Source: Octopus vulgaris
Taxonomy: Eukaryota
Length of the DNA: 64,000 nucleotides
NCBI GenBank assembly: GCA_951406725.2
Contig: OX597824.1
Coordinates: forward strand, 85,684,001 to 85,748,000
Direction of reading: 5' to 3'
The translations under genes and the position numbers were made by a program. Shown one piece after another: positions 60,201-64,000 of the stretch (its first letter is position 1; each line of letters starts with the position of its first letter). Below the pieces are notes generated by a model, which saw nothing but the letters and a program-made list of their open reading frames with translations, did not search any database and was not told the origin of the DNA.

Positions 60201-61978
60201 GGATGAAAGGCAAAGTCGACCTTGGCGGAATTTGAACTCAGAACGTAATGGCAGACTAAATACCGCTAGGCATTTCGCCCGGCATGCTAACATTTCTGCC
60301 AGCTCGCCGCCTATACATTGCCTGAGAACATCTGTGTTTCTCTGATACAATTTCACTACTTAAAAGAGATCTAAATTAAAACCTTATGTCTCAAATAATT
60401 AACTTAATTATTTCACTAAATTTGTCATTGTTTTTAAAATTGATTAAAACAAGGAGAATACATTTCAACAAATAGATTAACTGAAGGGTTAATGGCAAAA
60501 CACTTTTAAGAAAAACTGGGTCAGCAATCAGCCTCTATGTAGTATCTCCCCAAATGCTTAACCCTTTTGTTCCCATATTTCTGTTGAGATGCTCTGTGTT
60601 TCTTTCAATTAATTTTAAATATAACAAAGAATTTAGTAAAATAACTTAAGTTATCATTCAGCTAGTGTTAGGAATGTAAATTGCGACTAAGGTTTGGTGG
60701 TAGATTTTAATCCAAAACTTATGAAAACAAGACATTTGTACTACAGGGCCAGAAGTGGTTTCAGGTGGGTTGGTAATGAAAGGGTTAAGGTGGCACCATC
60801 ACCAGTGCTTTCTACATGGCACCAGCATGAGTGCTTTTAACCCTTTTGTTCCGATATTTATTTTGAGATGCTCTGTGTTTCTTTCAATTAATTTAAAATA
60901 TAACAAAGAATTTAGTAAAATAACTTAATTATCATTCAGTTAGTGTTATGAACATAAATTGTGACTAAGGTTTGGTGGAAGATTTTAATTAGGAACTTCT
61001 GAAAACAAGACATTTGTACTCCTAAGCCAGAGAAGCTTCAGGTAGGTTGGTATCAAAAGGGTTAAAATAGAAGGCAAGTCTTCCAAATCACATCCTATCA
61101 TCACTGTTATAGACGGTGTAGGCCTAGACAAACTGTCTATTAAAAAAAAGGATGGATGTGGCATCCGTGCTAGTGGAGCGCTAAGTGTGATCATTACCTG
61201 CGTTGCCTCACTGGCACTTGTGCTGGTAGCACATGAAAAAAAACATTCAAGCGAGGTCGTTGCCAGTGCCACTGGACTGGCTCATGTGCAGGTGGCACAT
61301 AAAAAGCACCATTTGAGTGTGGCCACTGCCAGTACCACCTGACTGGCCCTCATGCTGGTGGCATGTAAAAGCATCCACTACACTCTCAGAGTGACATCCA
61401 GCTGTAGAAACTCTGCCAGATCAGATTGGAGTCTGGTGCAGCCATCTGGTTCCCCAGTCCTCAGTCAAATCGTCCAACCCATGCTAGCATGGAAAGCGGA
61501 CATTAAACGAAGATGATGATGACATCTTCTATCATCAAGAAACTATATCTATCACTCATAGTAAGTAAATAAGGTGGGACTGTAACCTAAACCATATATG
61601 ATATCTCTTACCTACTGTACAACTATGTGTAAGTAGCAGGTTTTAAGGCAAACTTATTCTACAACTAAACACAGTTTGTAGACAGAACATATGTTCCATA
61701 CTCAGCACAAAACATATCTATGCACAGATTAAAAATATTCTTTCGCTTCAGTGGATTACTATGGTCATACAAATGCTTTTGGTATTTACACAAGCAAAAT
61801 ACAGTCAAGTGGAACACTGTCCCAGGTGAAAGAATGACAAATAAAAATAAAGACTTCAATACAGAAAAAAATGTCTTCAATAGTGGGAAATTAACGATGC
61901 ATAAATACTAAATACAGTTAAGATACAAATATTGCCATGGTGATCGGCTGAATACATGAACGGACTTTTATCATATTA

Positions 61979-62364
61979 CTGGCAGTATCGCCCGGCGTTG
62001 CTCGGGTTTGTTTCGACCCTTTAGAACTGGAATTTTTGAAAAGTAAAAACTTTGCATTATGTAGCTTGTTATTCTCTTTACGTGAACATTTTTCTGGTTG
62101 AAATACACCGAAAAATTACGACACAGCAGTAAAAAAATCATAAAAAATAGGGATTTTCATAGAAAAAAAGCACCTTTTTGATGTAAAAAATTTTTAGTGT
62201 TAACATGATCCGATTTGAATTTTTTCTTCTACAGAAGGAAGAGCAAAACTATCATAATCTCAATTTAGGTCAACTTGCATCGCAGGGTCTCGGAGGAGAT
62301 AGTGTTAGTTGAAGGCTACCAAACCTGCCATACACAGACAACTTCAGCTTTATATATAGAGAGA
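61979..62364 (-). mobile_element. Non-autonomous Helitron
   Basis: Minus strand begins A|TCTCTCTATATATAAAG and ends with a cccgagcaacgccggg hairpin followed by ctgCCAG|T (CTAG-like). Confidence 0.75.
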
Positions 62365-64000
62365 TGAATTCGCAATACACTGCTCCTTGTCACAGCTGAA
62401 CACTGCCCCACAATAGCACTAAATGAGTAAGCCCAATAGGGAAGTTTCTATGTGATTATACAACCCCCTAAAAACAGCAGCCAAATTTCCCTCAAATTAC
62501 ACTCTGCATTAAAAAGATCTTAAAAAGGCACTTTTGTTATGCACATGTCTGGAAAAAGATATGATGATCATAGTAGAAATATTTTGGAGCATAATTTTGC
62601 TCAATTAAGTTTGATAATCTGAAGTTAAAAAGTACAAAATGGCAACCCTGCTTGTGGGTTGCATTTGATACTTTACATCTGGGTAAATTTGAATAAATTT
62701 TGTTGTGTCTTGAGAGAGTCATTATGCCAATAACAACACATACACAGATTCAACTCTACATCTTTATTATTAACTAATTATCAAACCAACTAACTGATCG
62801 TTTGTTTAATGTGCAAGTTAATCAATCAGTTATTTGTTAAAGTTCTTTTGTGGCTGTTTGCAACTTTCACGTCAGCAATTTACAAACTCAATATAAAAAT
62901 GAAGTAAAATTTGAACAAACTATTTGGTTTTTTAAAAAATAATTTAGTATGGAAGCAACAACTTGGTATTTGATTTGGTCTTAACCTCAAATTTTAATGA
63001 CTAAATGCATGAAAATATATTACATTTGGTTTTACCAGGACAATAACAACCATCTCCCCACTTTCCTGGAGAGTTCTTCCATAAAAAGAAAATTAAGCTA
63101 ACATAATTATAGGCAGAACTATAGGAGAAAATAAATAGTAATTATATTAACCCTTTTGATACCAACCCAGCCAAAACCAGCTCTGGTTCTGTGGTACAAA
63201 AGTCTTGTTTTCATAAGTTTGGAATTAAAATCTTCCACCAAACCTTAGTCACAATTTATGTTCCTAACACTAGCTTAAATGATAACTAAGTTATTTGACT
63301 AAATTCTTTGTTATATTTAAAATTGATTGAAAAAAAACACAGAGCATCTCAAAATAAATACAGTAACAAAAGGGTTAAAGACACAGTGAGTTAAAAGAAC
63401 AGCAGATTAAAAGTTATTTCTTTCCAAAAAAGGCTTCTCAAGAAGTTAAAAAATATGAAATAGAACTCATAGTTGCAATGTATTGTCACTGCTCTGATTG
63501 AAGGGTTAGTGTTAGGGTTAGGGCTTGATGTCATCAAGAAGCATAAGTTGTCTTGAAGAACCTCAGAACATTCAATGGCACCAAATTAAGTGTTGTCAAT
63601 GATTTGCCTATATGAGAGATTTTCATTGGAGTCGTTTAAATAACAAATGGGATGGTCATGGTTGGAACATCTTTCGTCAAAGCTAACCTGGGTCTAAACA
63701 ACAAACATGTTTCTTAAAAGTCTTATCCCTGTTAGTAATTGAAACTATTTTCTTCTCATGCTAATATAAACGAGAACAAAATTGCTAAAAAAAAAATCAA
63801 TAAAATTAGCATAACCAACAACAATAAGCCTTTTCTATCCTTAACATCAACTATAATATATATAAAAAAAACGCTAAAATTTACTAAATCCCAATGATCC
63901 AAAGACCCAGCATTCAACTCCTCTTTCCTAAAGCGATAAGTGGATGAAAGGTAATTTAACTCTACACAGGGTATTGATCTACTGTAAGTAGTAGACCCTG

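Noticed and set aside
63503-63523. TTAGGG-like repeats
   Set aside because: Only two to three imperfect units; expected by chance.

Overview
Animal genomic DNA: AT-rich and dense in microsatellites and SINEs. The repeat content looks like Octopus (inference from repeat families, no database check). Positions 281-37524 carry a minus-strand spliced gene for cytosolic isoleucyl-tRNA synthetase (IARS1). I traced 27 firm coding exons by hand with GT-AG boundaries and consistent phases, plus a probable 11-nt coding first exon, about 1065 aa in the window. HIGH-type (HYGH), CP1 editing and KMSKR motifs are present, and the gene runs off the left edge. The introns and the 38-64 kb flank are filled with at least four SINE families, CR1 and RTE LINE 3' fragments, an internally deleted mariner, piggyBac-, hAT- and Tc/pogo-type MITEs, a Helitron and simple repeats. 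Almost all ORFs in the supplied track are repeat artefacts. Most interesting: (1) a minimal type I hammerhead-ribozyme motif with a variant core, sense to the IARS1 pre-mRNA in its probable first intron, with a decayed sister copy and a Penelope-like remnant elsewhere in the gene; (2) a His-to-Gln change in the conserved GTGxVH editing motif; (3) a SINE that repeatedly forms dimers at one fixed internal site; (4) inverted SINE pairs bracketing exons. Repeat boundaries are approximate unless a TSD or TIR is given.
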